A DNA stretch of 64,000 nucleotides from Octopus sinensis (GCF_006345805.1 NC_043012.1:49972001-50036000), one strand, 5' to 3'; counted from the stretch's first letter, positions 25,930-40,409 are shown. The notes: generated from the sequence alone by a model not told the origin. A program made the numbers and translations.

Positions 25930-26500
25930 TGGTTTGGAACGTCTTCCAAGTCATTGTCTTAAATATTGCACTGACGGGGGACATCATTGCTCTTCTGAAG
26001 AGAGCGTACTTCTTCAAAGCCTTTTTGCTGATTTTGTTTGTATGTAACCCTGTTTTTGTAGCGAGAACTGCTTCTTCTTTCGCTTTCCCTCCAACAGTTT
26101 TCAAACTTTCCACAGCAACACTTTCCTCACCCTATTTACACGCCGACAGAGTAGTGCCAACTAGTGGCTTATATGGTACGGTTTAGGGATTACTGCTATT
26201 GCTCCTGCCAGGAATGCATTTCTCATTTATCTTCTCCTTACAGCCTCCCATTGGTGCCAGAATGGGTAACCTGGCTATCGAGGGCCAGTACTTGGGACAA
26301 ATGATGAGACAATTCCCCTGCCAATCCCCAGGATTTTCCTAGTGGTGATAGTGGAATGGTAGCTTCGGCGCACTATTGATGTCGATTTTGTATTTTAACT
26401 CCTCGAGGCACATACTATCATAAATACATGTTTAGCCTTTCAACTTGAGCCACCAGTATATTTCTTTTTATGCGTCTACAAGTCATTTCTGCATTTAGAA
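25930..26500 (-). mobile_element. Possible degenerate LINE (RTE-like) coding fragment
   Basis: GC-richer coding-like tract; minus-strand CRRIKRNILVAQVEKAK and KEKINEKC weakly recall the pre-RT region of RTE ORFs. Confidence 0.2.
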
Positions 26501-27089
26501 ATAGTTAAATCCTGGGAAAGAATTATGATTTTCAGGTATCATGAGGCCTTGTCAGTACACACTCATATCCATAACTATTTCCTAGTGCACCACAGAGACA
26601 ACAGAATGTCATCTAAGATGCAATGCTTCTAACAGCAATACGTGTGTTGCTCCTATGAAATGTGGTACAAGTATATTGACAAGGGTGGATCTTTCCAATA
26701 CAACCTGTCATCTGGCGTTGGTTTTGATCCCGAAAATCAAGCGCTCTAATCCATTTTACAAAATTCCATATACGATTAATTATTGAATGGATTATCTAGC
26801 GAGTTTTCAATTCATTTATAAAGATCACAGACAATGATTCCTTGTCTATTCTCTCTATATATTTTAAGCCTAGGTACCGTACTTAATTGCAAAAAGATGC
26901 TCGAATATTCTATAGGCGCATCCAAATTTTAGCAGCACTTCATACAAAAAAAAAAATGGAAAGAAAAATCAGAAGATTTTAGTATATTCATCTCATTGTA
27001 GTCTCGCTTTCTGCGCGAATTTCTATGAGACCCTGTCACTACTATACCTGAGGGGATCGTGAGTATAAAGTCATCAGGCTTGAGTCAGA

Positions 27090-27300
27090 AAATCTTTCAT
27101 TATCTCATTACACAACCTTGGACGCCTGCCTTATGGGTGCGTTGCAGTTAATCTCTGGACAGAGCTTGTTAATCCTGAACGAGGGTCTTCTACGATTCCT
27201 CCGCTCAGCATCAATGTAAGAAGCACCGTTGGCTCAATTGAGCTCTTCCGCTGTCTCCCCACAAACCCTGAAGCTGCAATCCCATGACTTCACCGATTCC
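27090..27300 (+). mobile_element. Possible APE-endonuclease LINE fragment
   Basis: GQSLLILNEG resembles the LxILNDG motif of APE domains; otherwise disrupted. Confidence 0.2.
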
Positions 27301-28009
27301 CTAGCAGGGTGGTTGAACGGGTGGTATGCTTTACCAAGGGGCAACCCGCAACTATACAAGGTATGGTGATCACTCCGTAAGGTATTTTCAAAATACCCGT
27401 ATCATGTAGTGCATTAAAGCAAGTAGGACCGGGGGCAAGGGTTTTTTTCAGACACTCTATAGTAAAAGGTATGTCTTTTATCTTATCAGATATGATAAGT
27501 GTAATTTCTACTTTTCTACCATGACAGAAATTCTTTGGGTTAAGTGAAGGAAGTATTTCGTAACTGATTCCATTAAGTAGCATTGCCAAAAGGAAAGTAA
27601 CCAGATCAAGAACCTTCATACTTGATGTAATCATGCGTTAAGAAACTGAGCCTTGGTATAGTTGTTATACTTAATGTTATTTTTGAGAGAGAAGTATCAT
27701 TTTGTCTCTATGCTTTGTTTTACAGTTTTCATTCTTTGTGCATTGTCTGCACAAATATCATTCTTTCTTTTCTTTGTCTGGTGGGCATATTCATTGAATG
27801 TCGTGTAGCTAAACAAATGTTTTCATAATGTCTTTTTCTACCACATAATTATGATAGATAATGGAAAGACATATACAAAAGTGATTAATGATGCCGCGCA
27901 ATAAGACACTTAATGCGAAGTTACAGAAACGTAATAAAATCGTTATCGCTTGTCACGTTAGTGAGTGTGACAAGCATAAACACAAACACAAATACATTTA
28001 TATGCGCGA

Positions 28010-28182
28010 CAGGCTTCTTTCAGTTTCCGTCTACCGAAACCGCATGCAAGCATTTGGTCGGACCGGGGCTATAATGAAAAGAAAACTGAAGGAGGAATTC
28101 AATGGGACTGAACCCAGAACAATGTGGTTCAGACGTACAATCTTCCAATCTTCTTACCACACATCGACGCCAACGCCTATAT
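28010..28182 (-). mobile_element. SINE family A 5' half
   Basis: gacaggcttctttcagtttccgtctacc...gggactgaacccagaacaatgtgg. Confidence 0.75.
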
Positions 28183-28223
28183 AACCAGCAACCACAGGAA
28201 CAACAACACCAACAATAATAATA

Positions 28224-28462
28224 GTGGAAGGCGACGAGCTGGCAGAAACGTTAGCAAACCGGGCGAAATGCTTAGCGGCATTTCTACTGCCACTACGTTC
28301 TAAGTTCAAATTCTGCCGAGGTCGACTTTACCTTTCATCCTTTCGAGGTCGATTAAATAAGTACCAGTTACGCACTGGGGTCGATATAATCGACTTAATC
28401 CGTTTGTCTGTCCTTGTTTGTCCTTTCTGTGTTTAGCCTCTTGTGGGCAGAAAAGAAATAAT
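28224..28462 (+). mobile_element. SINE family B, full length
   Basis: ggcgacgagctggcagaaacgttagc...aagttcaaattctgccgaggtcgactttacc...gtttagcctcttgtgggcagaaaagaaata. Confidence 0.9.
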
Positions 28463-28989
28463 AATATTGGAGGAAATTTTGGAGGAGGCGAATTATCAAT
28501 TACATCAACCCCAGTGCTAAACTAGTACTTATTTCATTGACCCGAAAATAATATAAAGCAAATCGACATCGCCAGCATTCGATATCAGAATGTAAAGCCA
28601 GAATACATGCCGAAAATCTTGTGCCCGATTTGCTTATATTGTATAGTGTTGTTCTTTCTTAATTCAATATCCGTAGTCGCATTTCAAGAACAAAAGAAAA
28701 GCCTTTGTTAAATGCAGAACACAACAGACTTTCTCTCATTTAGGGTTTCAGAGCAACTATCTAGTTCATAGTGAGAAAAAGCTGTCATCTGCATCTAGAA
28801 ATATGGAAAAAGTCAGAGAGCGTTTTCCAAGTGTGCTTAGCACTCTGCCAGTTCGCCTCTTTTTCTCGAAATAAATAGCGATCATTTGTTTCACGGTGAT
28901 TTTCCTCAATATCTGGTGTTTATTCCGTTGAGTACATCAACACTAACATAATTAATGCTAGCTTTAATTTTTGTATTTTTATTCGCAGA

Positions 28990-29780
28990 CCATTGTCATT
29001 CGTTACTTTGTCACCAGCTCGGACTTGGTGCTGCATGAAGATTGCTTGGTGTCCTTCACATAGTAATCTAAGGGATTACTCTCCGGGAAATTAGGTAACT
29101 GGGGTAATTGGGGTTAGTAAAGTCGCAAAAATTCTCCAACACCCAATTGTGACGCTTTCTGGAAGTATGGCAGAAACCGAATCCTGCTCCCACACACCAT
29201 TCTTTCCAGTACCAATCCTCTCCAGCGAAGGATTGATCACAACCCCCAGCAGTTTCACATAACTGTCTGAATTGAGACTAAGACCCTGATTATAAGTTGT
29301 TGGATGAATTCCAGCGTGCCATTGCAGCCAGAACGCTTGCTGTTTTTCTTCCACGTGATTACAGCTTTCTAACCTCCGTTGCATTTGTTCATACCACACC
29401 AAACAGTATTTGCAGTGTTCACAGAGAAATGGACAACAGACACGTCGTCGGTATTTTGAAATCTGGTCTGAATTTTCACGATACAAGTAAAACGTATCCA
29501 GTAGCAGATGACTTCCCAGACTCGTTGTCAGTTAAATATTTTTCAAGTACATCATTAATGTATACGTTCTCCAAAGTCGGGAAAGAAAAAGGAGACGTAG
29601 CAATCATCGACTTTATAGCCCGAACATGACTGGGATGATGCGAAAGAAATATTCTGACAATAGAATATAATTCGGACTTCACGGGACTCCAAGAAAATTC
29701 AAGTAGGATCAAATCACATTTACTAATATGATATCCGCATGAGAAATAAATTTAATGAGAGCCGGTAATTAGCGTATGCA
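28990..29780 (-). mobile_element. Tc1/mariner (maT/DD37D-like) transposase remnant
   Basis: NQGLSLNSDSYVKLLGVVINPSLERIGTGKNGVWEQDS, then frameshifted WVLENFCDFTNPN and PNFPESNPLDYYVKDT, corresponding to QQDxAP and WPPNSPDLNPLDYYVW motifs. Confidence 0.75.
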
Positions 29781-30734
29781 TTATAGAGGTGCGTTGCTCT
29801 AGGTTTGCATGAGATAATGAATAACTGAATGTTCGATTATGAATGGCGAAACTTCAGAGTCAACACCCGTTTGCAATTTACGCTTGTAGTTGTCATTATT
29901 TGATTCATTGAGAAATTGCATCTAATGCTAGATTAGAACACTTAAAAAGATACAATTCATATATCTTTTCAAGGTACTGTGAGTGAATAGTAATACCTAA
30001 AACGTGAATCGAAATAAGTGTTGGAAATCGACCTCGAAGAATATTAAGATATAGCTTATGGATCATTGAAAATTATTCATATTTCATGACTATTTATTTT
30101 GTAATAGTTTTAGGAACCATAGACATTCAAGCTTGTTGATTTTAGAAATTTACTTTAATTTTTCTGAAAAATAAGTTCAAATAAGATCCAGATACATTTT
30201 CTGTTTTCCGGCGTTTTGGTTGAATTCTATGAATTCGGTTCAAGCAACTCAATTACTGATGAGCAGTTTCTTAAAAATATATCGTAGCATATTAAAGCAA
30301 TGAAACAGTATAATAGTGTTAATGGCATAAAACAAGGGCTAAATAATTACGACTTTGAAAAGATCATAAGTTTTGAATGTCATTTATGGTATTAGAAATC
30401 CGAATTGAAGTATTCAAACAAGCTTTACAATATCAATTCACTGATCATTTAGCACTGATCTCAACTTTCCACTGTCTTTTATCATGAAGTAATTAATTAT
30501 AGTTACTAGAAAGAAATATTTAGAAAACAAACTCTTACAAGAAGAAAAGGTAAAAAAAAACAAAGCAAACAAACATTACAACAATATAACTGTGTTTGCT
30601 TCCTCTTTATCATGATAGATCGCTTAATCAATTTGCAAGCTTTAAATACCGAACAGGTTAAAAACTCATACATTTTAAAAGAAAACAATGATAAATTTGA
30701 ACATTGACGGAAAAATAGATGATAGAATGCATAC

Positions 30735-30735
30735 C

Positions 30736-30796
<61 letters not shown>

Positions 30797-30825
30797 CGTG
30801 CGTGTATGTATGTATATATATAGGC

Positions 30826-30865
<40 letters not shown>

Positions 30866-31027
30866 CCTTTCATATACATATATGTAAATGTATATACGTA
30901 TATGATATCTAAATATAAATATGCGTGCGTGTATGTTTATACATACATACGTATATATATATATATAGATAGATAGAGAGAGAGATAGATAGATAGATAC
31001 ATACATACATACATACATACATACATG

Positions 31028-31058
<31 letters not shown>

Positions 31059-31165
31059 GTATATAGATATAGATAGATAGATAGATATATACATACATAC
31101 ATATACACACACATATATGTATGTATATATGTATATATATATGCATATACGTATACGTATTATGA
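30735..31165. repeat. Compound (TA)n/(TG)n/(TAGA)n/(TACA)n microsatellite
   Basis: Direct reading. Confidence 0.95.
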
Positions 31166-31649
31166 AGGCCCGACATTTTATGATTGATTGTGCAGACAAT
31201 GATTATAAGAAAGAAAATTAAAGTGTACAGTTAATGAATAGCGCGGTAAAACAGCCAATTTGGTAAACTAGAAGAATTAAATATTTTATTTGAAAATTTA
31301 AATAGAGTTACCAATATATAAATATATAAAAATAATATAAGCATATATACTTACTCCGTTGATACTCTATGGCTTTCTTTCTATTCTACATACACACTAT
31401 ATTTAGGTAAGAGCTAGAAAAATGCCCCATACTTGAGCCAAATTATTAGGATACACAAATACTAAGGGCCTGTGTGCTCCTTTCCATATCATGTGGTTTT
31501 CTATCTATATTAATGTGTCTTTGAATACATACCTATGTATGTTTAATCCTTTCACATACACACACGCATGCACAAATGCATACACACTTGCACGCGCACT
31601 CACAAACTTGCACGGACATACGCACGTAGTGTATGTGTGTGCCTAAATA

Positions 31650-31721
31650 TGAATACATACATACACACACACACACATATATATGCATACATATATATAT
31701 ATGCATATATATATACATACT

Positions 31722-31752
<31 letters not shown>

Positions 31753-31860
31753 TATATATATATTATATATATATAATATATATATATATATATTATATAT
31801 ATATATATATACATACAAACATATATAAATATATATATACACATATATATATAAGTATAA
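31650..31860. repeat. (CA)n/(TA)n compound microsatellite
   Basis: Direct reading. Confidence 0.95.
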
Positions 31861-34519
31861 GTTTGTGTGTATGTGGGCTTGTGCATACGTTTGATGGAAA
31901 GGATTTTTGTACATGTATCGTAGTTTGTGTCGAATATATAATCACGGAGATTTGTTGTCGATTCTACATCATCAGTTTGTATGAAATTGTACTCAGTCTT
32001 TCATCCCTTCTCCATTTTTGAGAAAATAATTGTCAGTTAAAACGTTTTAAGATGATTTTATTAAAAATTACGTTTTTGAATAAATGTCTCTGCGTAAGTT
32101 ATTAAAACCGATAGGCTCCTAAGGATTTCTGTAAAGAACTCAATCAATATTTCATATCGTAGGAGCGGAAGAATTCTTTTTGTAGAAAAGTAAATAAATA
32201 GATAAATAAATAAATAAATAAATGTTACTCATGCTTTGCTTTATAATGTTAGTATTGGAATGTTGCAAATATGCAATGTTATTCATATTTATTTAAACAG
32301 TACTAGAGAGTCTGTATGCAGTTGTAAATATTTCTTAAGAATTTTCATAAATTTTCTTGTGTTAAACACCAATATATTTAACGTAAGTAAAATCTGAAAG
32401 AGTCAAACGGAGAATCAAATATGGCACCTGTCGTATATTGTTTAGAAAGCTTACGTTGTACATCACTTCGTTCCGGAAAATATCTTATCTGGCACATTTT
32501 TACTGATGAAGAACAAGGTGTAAATCATTCTAATTAATAATAGATATTTTATTGAAATATAATATTTGAACATGTACATATATTGTCACTTGAAGCTGAC
32601 TTGCAGCAAATATGGCATGCCGTGGACCAAGTCGTGAATGGCGACAGAACGGCTTTGGCATGCACAATTAAATTATTGATTTATTAACCGAAGGGTTTAT
32701 AACATAATTGTTTACTTAGTTCGTGTGTATAATACTGATCTAATGTCCCATCCAAGAAAATTTGTTTCACCTCAGAAAATAAATCAAGTACCTTGCAAAC
32801 GAAATATTAATGCTATTTAATACTAAATCAAATACTAAAGCTATTTCAATATACTTTCTCTTCTAATGTCCGAAAAAAAAAAATCCCAGCTATGACTGCT
32901 ACTTGTGTCATACCTAGTTTTTGTACAATCGAAATATCGAAATGGGCGCCAAATTTATTTAGGGCGCACATAGAGCTAAACTTATCAGGCAAACTTAATC
33001 AGTTTTTCTTTCCTTTCAAATTCTTAGATCAAATTAAAACGATAGTAATTTTGTCAATAATTGATTTAATTTACATAGAATAAATACCAGACATATGCTG
33101 GAGCAGATTCAATCAATTTTTATACTGTTCATACAACACATAGCCTTGTGCTTACTCAGAATTAATCAATATTTGTTTTATTGTTTCAAAAATTATTTTA
33201 TCGACGAAGCTAATCAAGTTTTGAAAATATCCGAAAACTTTTTAGAGTATTCAATTTTTTTCTCTCCTTCCTCTTTACTGTTATTTCTCTTTTCCTTTAT
33301 TGCATTCCTATCCCCCTCTTTCTCTTTATTTCTGTCAGTCTCTCTCACACCCCACACTTTCTTTCTCTCTCTCTCTTTCTCACCGTGTCCTTTTCCTTCT
33401 TTTTAAAAACTTTTCTTATAATTTTCACTCCACTATTTCTCACTTCATCATTTTCATTTCATTTTCTTCTGTACATCGTTCTCTACATTTCGAAAACTGT
33501 CTTCCTACGCTTTCTTATTTTCCCTCTTTCCTATCAGCGTTACTTTCTTTACTTCAGTTCTTTCTGCCTTACGTTATTTTTTGCTACCATTCTTTATGAC
33601 TTTATGACTTCCGAAGAAGTAAAACATTATTGACTAAAGTGTATTTCTAGAAATAAAAATTCACATTACACAAATCAATATTATGAAAATAAATTAATAA
33701 GAAACACATAGAAGAACCAAGCTAAAATATATAAAACTCCAGAAGCTTTTAATATTCATTAATGAAAAAGTTAAGTTCAATTTTACTCCTACATATTTTT
33801 CTTCATACATATATTTTTCTCTTGCATCACACAATTTCTTCCTTTCTTTATATTTTGATCAAATTTAGTCAAAATTTTAACGGCAACTTTACAGAGAAAA
33901 TATTTGAAAATATTTATGCTAAGTTGTAGCATTTTCTTTTTATAGAAAATTCCTTAGGGGTGAGATAAATACAACTAACGAAAAATAATATGAAATGAAA
34001 TTAAAATTAAGGTGGTACTTAGTTTGTAAGGTGGGACAATTAGCTATTGGCAGTTCTTCTTAAAATTATACAGAATTCATTATAGGTAAATTGAAATGCC
34101 TTAAAGGATTACTACCTGAGGAAAATACACACAAATTGGAACAAGCTTTATAAACAATCTCTAAAAGAAAATAAATATATACACCAGGAAGTAAAACTAG
34201 CGAGAAAAATAAGCTTATAATATATTCACCATTTCATGATTAATGTAAGATGGGTGACTGAGTGTGTAAAGATATATAGCTCTATATTAGCTATTCAATA
34301 AATTTTGTGTATACTTTTCTTATATTTTGTCTCATCACAGCCACGTACACATCTACAAAACACATATACATACACACGTATGCACATATAGAGAAAAACA
34401 TACACACACACATACATATGTGCACACATATACACACACGTACACACACATACAAACAAGCAAATAAAGACAAATACACGCACATAAGCATATATGTGGC
34501 TAACAATACTTACGTATAT

Positions 34520-34725
34520 AAGGCGAAGTGGAAGGTTCGTTGGAGCGCCAGAAAAAATGCTAAGCAGAATTTCTTCCAACTTCGCGTTCTGGTTTCAAAT
34601 TCCCGCGGAGTCAATATTTCCTTTCATCCTTTCGAGATCGATTAAGAAAAACGTACCTGTGTTGAGCAGTGGGGTCGATATAATTGACTTTCTCCCGAAA
34701 AGGGTGTTCTGCGAAAAATTTAAAT
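34520..34725 (+). mobile_element. SINE family B, degenerate
   Basis: ttcaaattcccgcggagtcaatatttcctttcatcctttcgagatcg...ggggtcgatataattgact. Confidence 0.7.
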
Positions 34726-34970
34726 CTATACACATATATAAATACATACACACACACACATACACATGAATTGGGTGCATTATTAAATAATTGTGTTCAC
34801 TCAATTCCATATGGCTTAAAGTTTCTTGACATCATAAGAGGAAATCATAGTAACAGATGTCTTGATATCAATGATATGGATTTGTCCTACGTACAAATGA
34901 AACTTTAAATCCTGTGGAACTTAGTGAACATTGTTACACAGACACACACACATACACGCATATATATACT

Positions 34971-35388
34971 ATTTTACTCTTTTGCTTCTTTCAGTCATTA
35001 GACTGTGTACATGCTGGAGCACCGCCTTTAGTCGAGCAAATCGACACCAGGACTTATTCTTTCTAAACCTAGTACTTATTATATCGGTCTCTTTTGCCGA
35101 ACCGCTAAGTTATGGGGGACGTAAACACACCAGCATTGGTTGTCAAGCGATGTTGGGGGACAAACACAGACACACAATCATATACACACACGCATACATA
35201 CAACATACATATATATATAGATATACGACGGGCTTATTTTAGTTTCCGTCAACCAAATCCATTCACAAGGCTTTGGTCAGCCCGAGGCTATAGTAGATGA
35301 CACCTGCCCAAGGTGCCACGCAGTGGGACTGAATCCGGAACCATGTCGTTGGTAAGCAAGCTACTTACCACACAGCCACTCCTATGCC
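34971..35388 (-). mobile_element. SINE family A, full length
   Basis: Same structure as 6957-7367. Confidence 0.9.
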
Positions 35389-36099
35389 TGGATACATACA
35401 TATCCATTCACACTTACACAAATATACATACGTACGCGCGTACATACATTTATACAAGTAATGTAAGCAAAAACACTGCTAATCACTGATATATTTTCCA
35501 ATACAAGCACTATGAAACTATTAATTCAATACTCAAAACTTTTAACATTGAATGTTAGATTTTTCCTCTCTAATATATAAGGCACAACACTTAATACAGA
35601 GGATTATCTTCAAATAGTAAAGAGTAAATTAATATAGAGTGCTGAAATGAATTCTGTATATGCGCACAATTACCTGTGACAGATGGCCATTAAATCCATT
35701 CAAGCATTTATCCCTTCATCTGCTTTATACCTTTGAAAACGGAGACTTGTCTAGGCCACTCTTATTTGATAAAAGGCTTTGGCATACAAGCAGCCACATA
35801 TTCCTGAAGCATGCAGCTGTAAAGCGATATTCTTAACCACACTGTTGTGCAAGCGTTCTTATATAAATTCATTAGATTAACTTTAATACTGACTTGAAAT
35901 CTACCGTCTTTTAAACTCTAACTTTCATAAGCAGATCACAACGGCGTAGACGAATTCAATACGTCTTAATCAGCGACTTAAGCTTACATACGGATGTGTG
36001 TGATTGTTTGTGTGTGTGAGAGAGTATGTGTATGTGGGGTCTATGCGTACGTGTGCCTGTGACTGTATGTTGAATAAATATACATATATGTATATATGC

Positions 36100-36140
<41 letters not shown>

Positions 36141-36732
36141 TATATACATACATATAGGTAGCTATATGTAGATATATATACACATGTATATGTATATATA
36201 CATGCATATGTGTGTATTGTGTATGTATATATGTACTCTTAAGTATAACATATATAAATATATATATGTGTGTGTTTACATATACATATACATATAAGCA
36301 CACGAGTGTATACGTATATTTTGAATGACATATAATTACTATGAATATTAAACATAATTAGGTATTTTATAGTTACTTAACCGTAATGTAACGAGACAAT
36401 GCAGAAATATACCAAGGCAAACTATTTACCGTAGCAATAACGGAGTGTAACTAATAATTAGTTTAAAATCAATTCTAAATTCAAAAGTAAACCCCACAAA
36501 ATTACAATTGAATAAAGAAAGCCTTTAATTGGATGTCTAGCAACAATCTTTATGCTGTCTCCTGTAACATGTTTGTTTTAATAATATTTAATGAAAACTA
36601 TTTAAAGGGAATTTCTTTATATAATCAATGTGCCTGGTGAAAAGGGGACATGACAACTTCCGATCTTATCATGTACAAAATATGCATAAGGTACAAGTAT
36701 CTAGGTTAATATATATATATATATTATATATA

Positions 36733-36774
<42 letters not shown>

Positions 36775-36798
36775 GTGTGTGTGTGTGTCTGTGTGTGT

Positions 36799-37092
36799 GA
36801 GGCACAATGGCCCAGCGGAATCGTTGTCGTAGGATCGCGGTTTCGATTCCCAGATCGGGCGTTGTGAGTGTTTGTTGAGCGAAAACACCTAAAGCCCCAC
36901 GAGACTCCGGCAGGGGGTGGTGGCGATCCCTGCTGTACTATTTCGCCACAACTTTCTCTCAACCTTTCTTCTGTTGGCCTGCTCGCTTAGCTAGCGGTGT
37001 GGCATCATTTGAAGGCTAAAACAATGTGAAGCGCATTGTGACCAGCGATGTTTAGCAACATCTGATAGCCTGGTCGGTCACGTGATCACGTG
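36799..37092 (+). mobile_element. tRNA-headed SINE family C
   Basis: gaggcacaatggcccagcgg...ggtttcgattcccagatcgggcgttgtgagtg...; 3' part shared with 16048-16165. Confidence 0.85.
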
Positions 37093-37105
37093 GTATATAT
37101 ATATA

Positions 37106-38600
37106 TTCGAGGGGTGATGAAACGTTCGTGGTTTTAAGGGTTCCGCGAAAGGATAGAGCTTTTAAATTTATTGGGGAGGTAGGTTAACTATTCAGGGGAA
37201 GTTATGTAAAAATCATGGTAGTATGCAATATAGCTTTCTCCCTTTCAAGTTTTTGGTAAAGTTGAAGTATGAATGGTCATGAACTCCCTCTTTTATGCAC
37301 AGGAAAAGACCAGCAGAAATCCATGGCGAGATGAAGGTTGTCCTGAAGGATGGCTGCCAAACGGACTTCACAGTGAAAATCTGGGAGTCAAGGTTTCAGA
37401 CTGGTCATTTCGAGGATATAAATAAAAGAACCTCTGTCAGCATAGCCAACTTCCACGACCACAGATAACAAAGCCGACGCTGTGCACGTAATGTCTCTCT
37501 ACAACTGCCGGATTTCAGCTAAAGACATTGCTGAGAGTCTGTGGATTTCTCGCCACCACATTCTATACATGAGAAAGCTTTCCGCAAAATGGGTGCCAAA
37601 TGGCTGAACGCAGATCAGAAGTGCCTCACAGTGACGACATGAAAGGAGATTTTGGACCGGTTTGCGGTGGGAGAGGTTGATTTTATGGCTCATTTAATCA
37701 CCATGTATTTGTTTGTTCCTTGTCGAGCCACGCTTGGCTCAGAAGGGCCGGTTTTCCGGTTTCTTTGGCGTATAGGTTCCCCACCTGGACAGGACGCCGG
37801 TCCGTCGAGGGTGAACGGCAAGACACAGGAAGAAAGAGTGAGAAAAAGTTGTGGCGAAAGAGTCAGCAGAAATTCGCCATTACCTTCTGCTGGAGGCGCG
37901 TGGAGCTTAGGCGTATTGCTCATAAACACACACATCGCCCTGTCTGAGATTCGAACCCGCGATCCCTCGACCGCAAGTCCGCTGCTCTAACCACTAGGTG
38001 CAAATCTGAGGGAAATTTTGTTTCCTTGAGATATTTTTTTCCAATAACGAAAAGAGGTAATACTCGAAATTGACATCATGAAATAGGATGGAAATTGACA
38101 TCATGAATAGGATCCCCTAACTAAGAAGCGAAGAAGAGGAATCTCAGCCGTTCACAGCATCTTAAGATGTTTCTGACGTACACGTTAGCTCGAAAGACGT
38201 TGACTTCCATGTTCTAGAACAAAGACGGAGTATTCTTCATAACATACTTGCCAAGGAGTCACACTATCAGCGCAAAGTACCACATGTCTCTCTTGGAGGA
38301 ACTGCGTGAAGCTTTGAAGCAGAAACGCCGTGCAAAAACTGAGCCAACGCATCCTATTTTTGCTGGGAAATGCACTAGCATACACAGTATAGGAAACTTT
38401 GGTTTAGAAATGGTAGAGCATCCACCTTTGTTTTAGAGTATTACCTCTTTTCGTTATTGGAAAAAAATATCTCAAGGAAACAAAATTTCACTCAGATTTG
38501 CAAGTGATCACTGCGACAGAAGCTCAGCTTCCTAGTTCTTTTCATAGGGCTTCGAAAAACTGAAGCACCGCTGAAGTAAGTGTGTAAATTTATATATATA
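37106..38600 (+). mobile_element. Mariner transposon remnant interrupted by a SINE
   Basis: Starts TA-TTCGAGGGG; translates to MRKLSAKWVPKWL, ISAKYHMSLLEELREALKQKRR, GLEMVEHPP, YYLFSLLEKN and KLKHR*SKCVNL, the mariner motif order. Confidence 0.85.
37705..37998 (-). mobile_element. tRNA-headed SINE sharing the family C head but with a different 3' domain
   Basis: Minus strand: ctagtggttagagcagcggacttgcggtcgagggatcgcgggttcgaatctc...ccacaactttttctcac...ggcgtcctgtccaggtgggga...gaaaccggaaaaccggccc...(acaa)n. Confidence 0.85.
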
Positions 38601-38611
38601 TATATATGTAA

Positions 38612-38960
38612 ATATATAAAAAAGGAAATGAAGAAAATGCTGACAAAATAATTTAAGTAATTTAAGTAATTTAATTAGGTGAAAGTTCTTTTTACCGGTT
38701 GCGCATTTGTTATGCTTATGAAATTTTTTTAAAGAGAGATAGAGTTCCTTTCTGATAGATTTTTTCCTCTCATCTGTCAGAAAGGAACTCAATCTCTCTT
38801 AAAAAATTTTTGATAAGCATAACAAATGCGCAACCGTAAAAAGAACCTGCACCTAATTAAATTACTTAATTACTTAAATTATTTTGTCAGCATTTTCTTC
38901 ATTTCCTTTTTTATATATCGCAACTCCTGTTCCACATCTCCTTTTTTTAAATATATAAAT

Positions 38961-39014
<54 letters not shown>

Positions 39015-39043
39015 ATATATACTATTGAATAATTGTAACATAT

Positions 39044-39088
<45 letters not shown>

Positions 39089-39405
39089 ATATATGTAAAT
39101 ATATAAAAAAGGAAATGAAGAAAATGCTGACAAAATAATTTAAGTAATTTAAGTAATTTAATTAGGTGAAAGTTCTTTTTACCGGTTGCGCATTTGTTAT
39201 GCTTATGAAATTTTTTTAAAGAGAGATAGAGTTCCTTTCTGATAGATTTTTTCCTCTCATCTGTCAGAAAGGAACTCAATCTCTCTTAAAAATTTTTGAT
39301 AAGCATAACAAATGCGCAACCGGTAAAAAGAACCTGCACCTAATTAATTACTTAAATTACTTAAATTATTTTGTCAGCATTTTCTTCATTTCCTTTTTTA
39401 TATAT
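38612..39405. repeat. ~307-bp imperfect palindrome present twice in tandem (38612-38918, 39099-39405)
   Basis: ~148-nt arms around an 11-nt loop (tttttcctctc); both copies carry the same arm mismatches. Confidence 0.95.
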
Positions 39406-39454
39406 CGCAACTCCTGTTCCACATCTCCTTTTTTTAAATATATAAATATATATA

Positions 39455-39985
<531 letters not shown>

Positions 39986-40029
39986 TATATATATACTATT
40001 GAATAATTGTAACATATTATTTTATATAT

Positions 40030-40065
<36 letters not shown>

Positions 40066-40200
40066 AACATAAAATAATATGTTACAATTATTCAATAGTC
40101 AAGATAAAACTCTAAGTTTCGGATATATATATATCTGTATGTATGTAAATATATATATACACACACACAAACACACACATACACACTCACTCGCACGCAC

Positions 40201-40239
<39 letters not shown>

Positions 40240-40409
40240 ACAATAACAGAGTTGTTACGAGTAACTTGGCTACCTGAGAAAGAGTAACCCTTTTGTAACA
40301 GCAATGCATTTTAAAGGAATTAAATCATTCATACGAAACAAGTTTGTAGAAAGAGAAGAGATAGAAACAACTCGAATTAAAAACTATGACATCTCTGTAA
40401 CGCCTATCT

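Noticed and set aside
32612-32665. Nested stems gcatgcc/ggcatgc, gccgt/acggc, gtcg/cgac
   Set aside because: The stems are short and partly mutually exclusive, and match no motif I can name.
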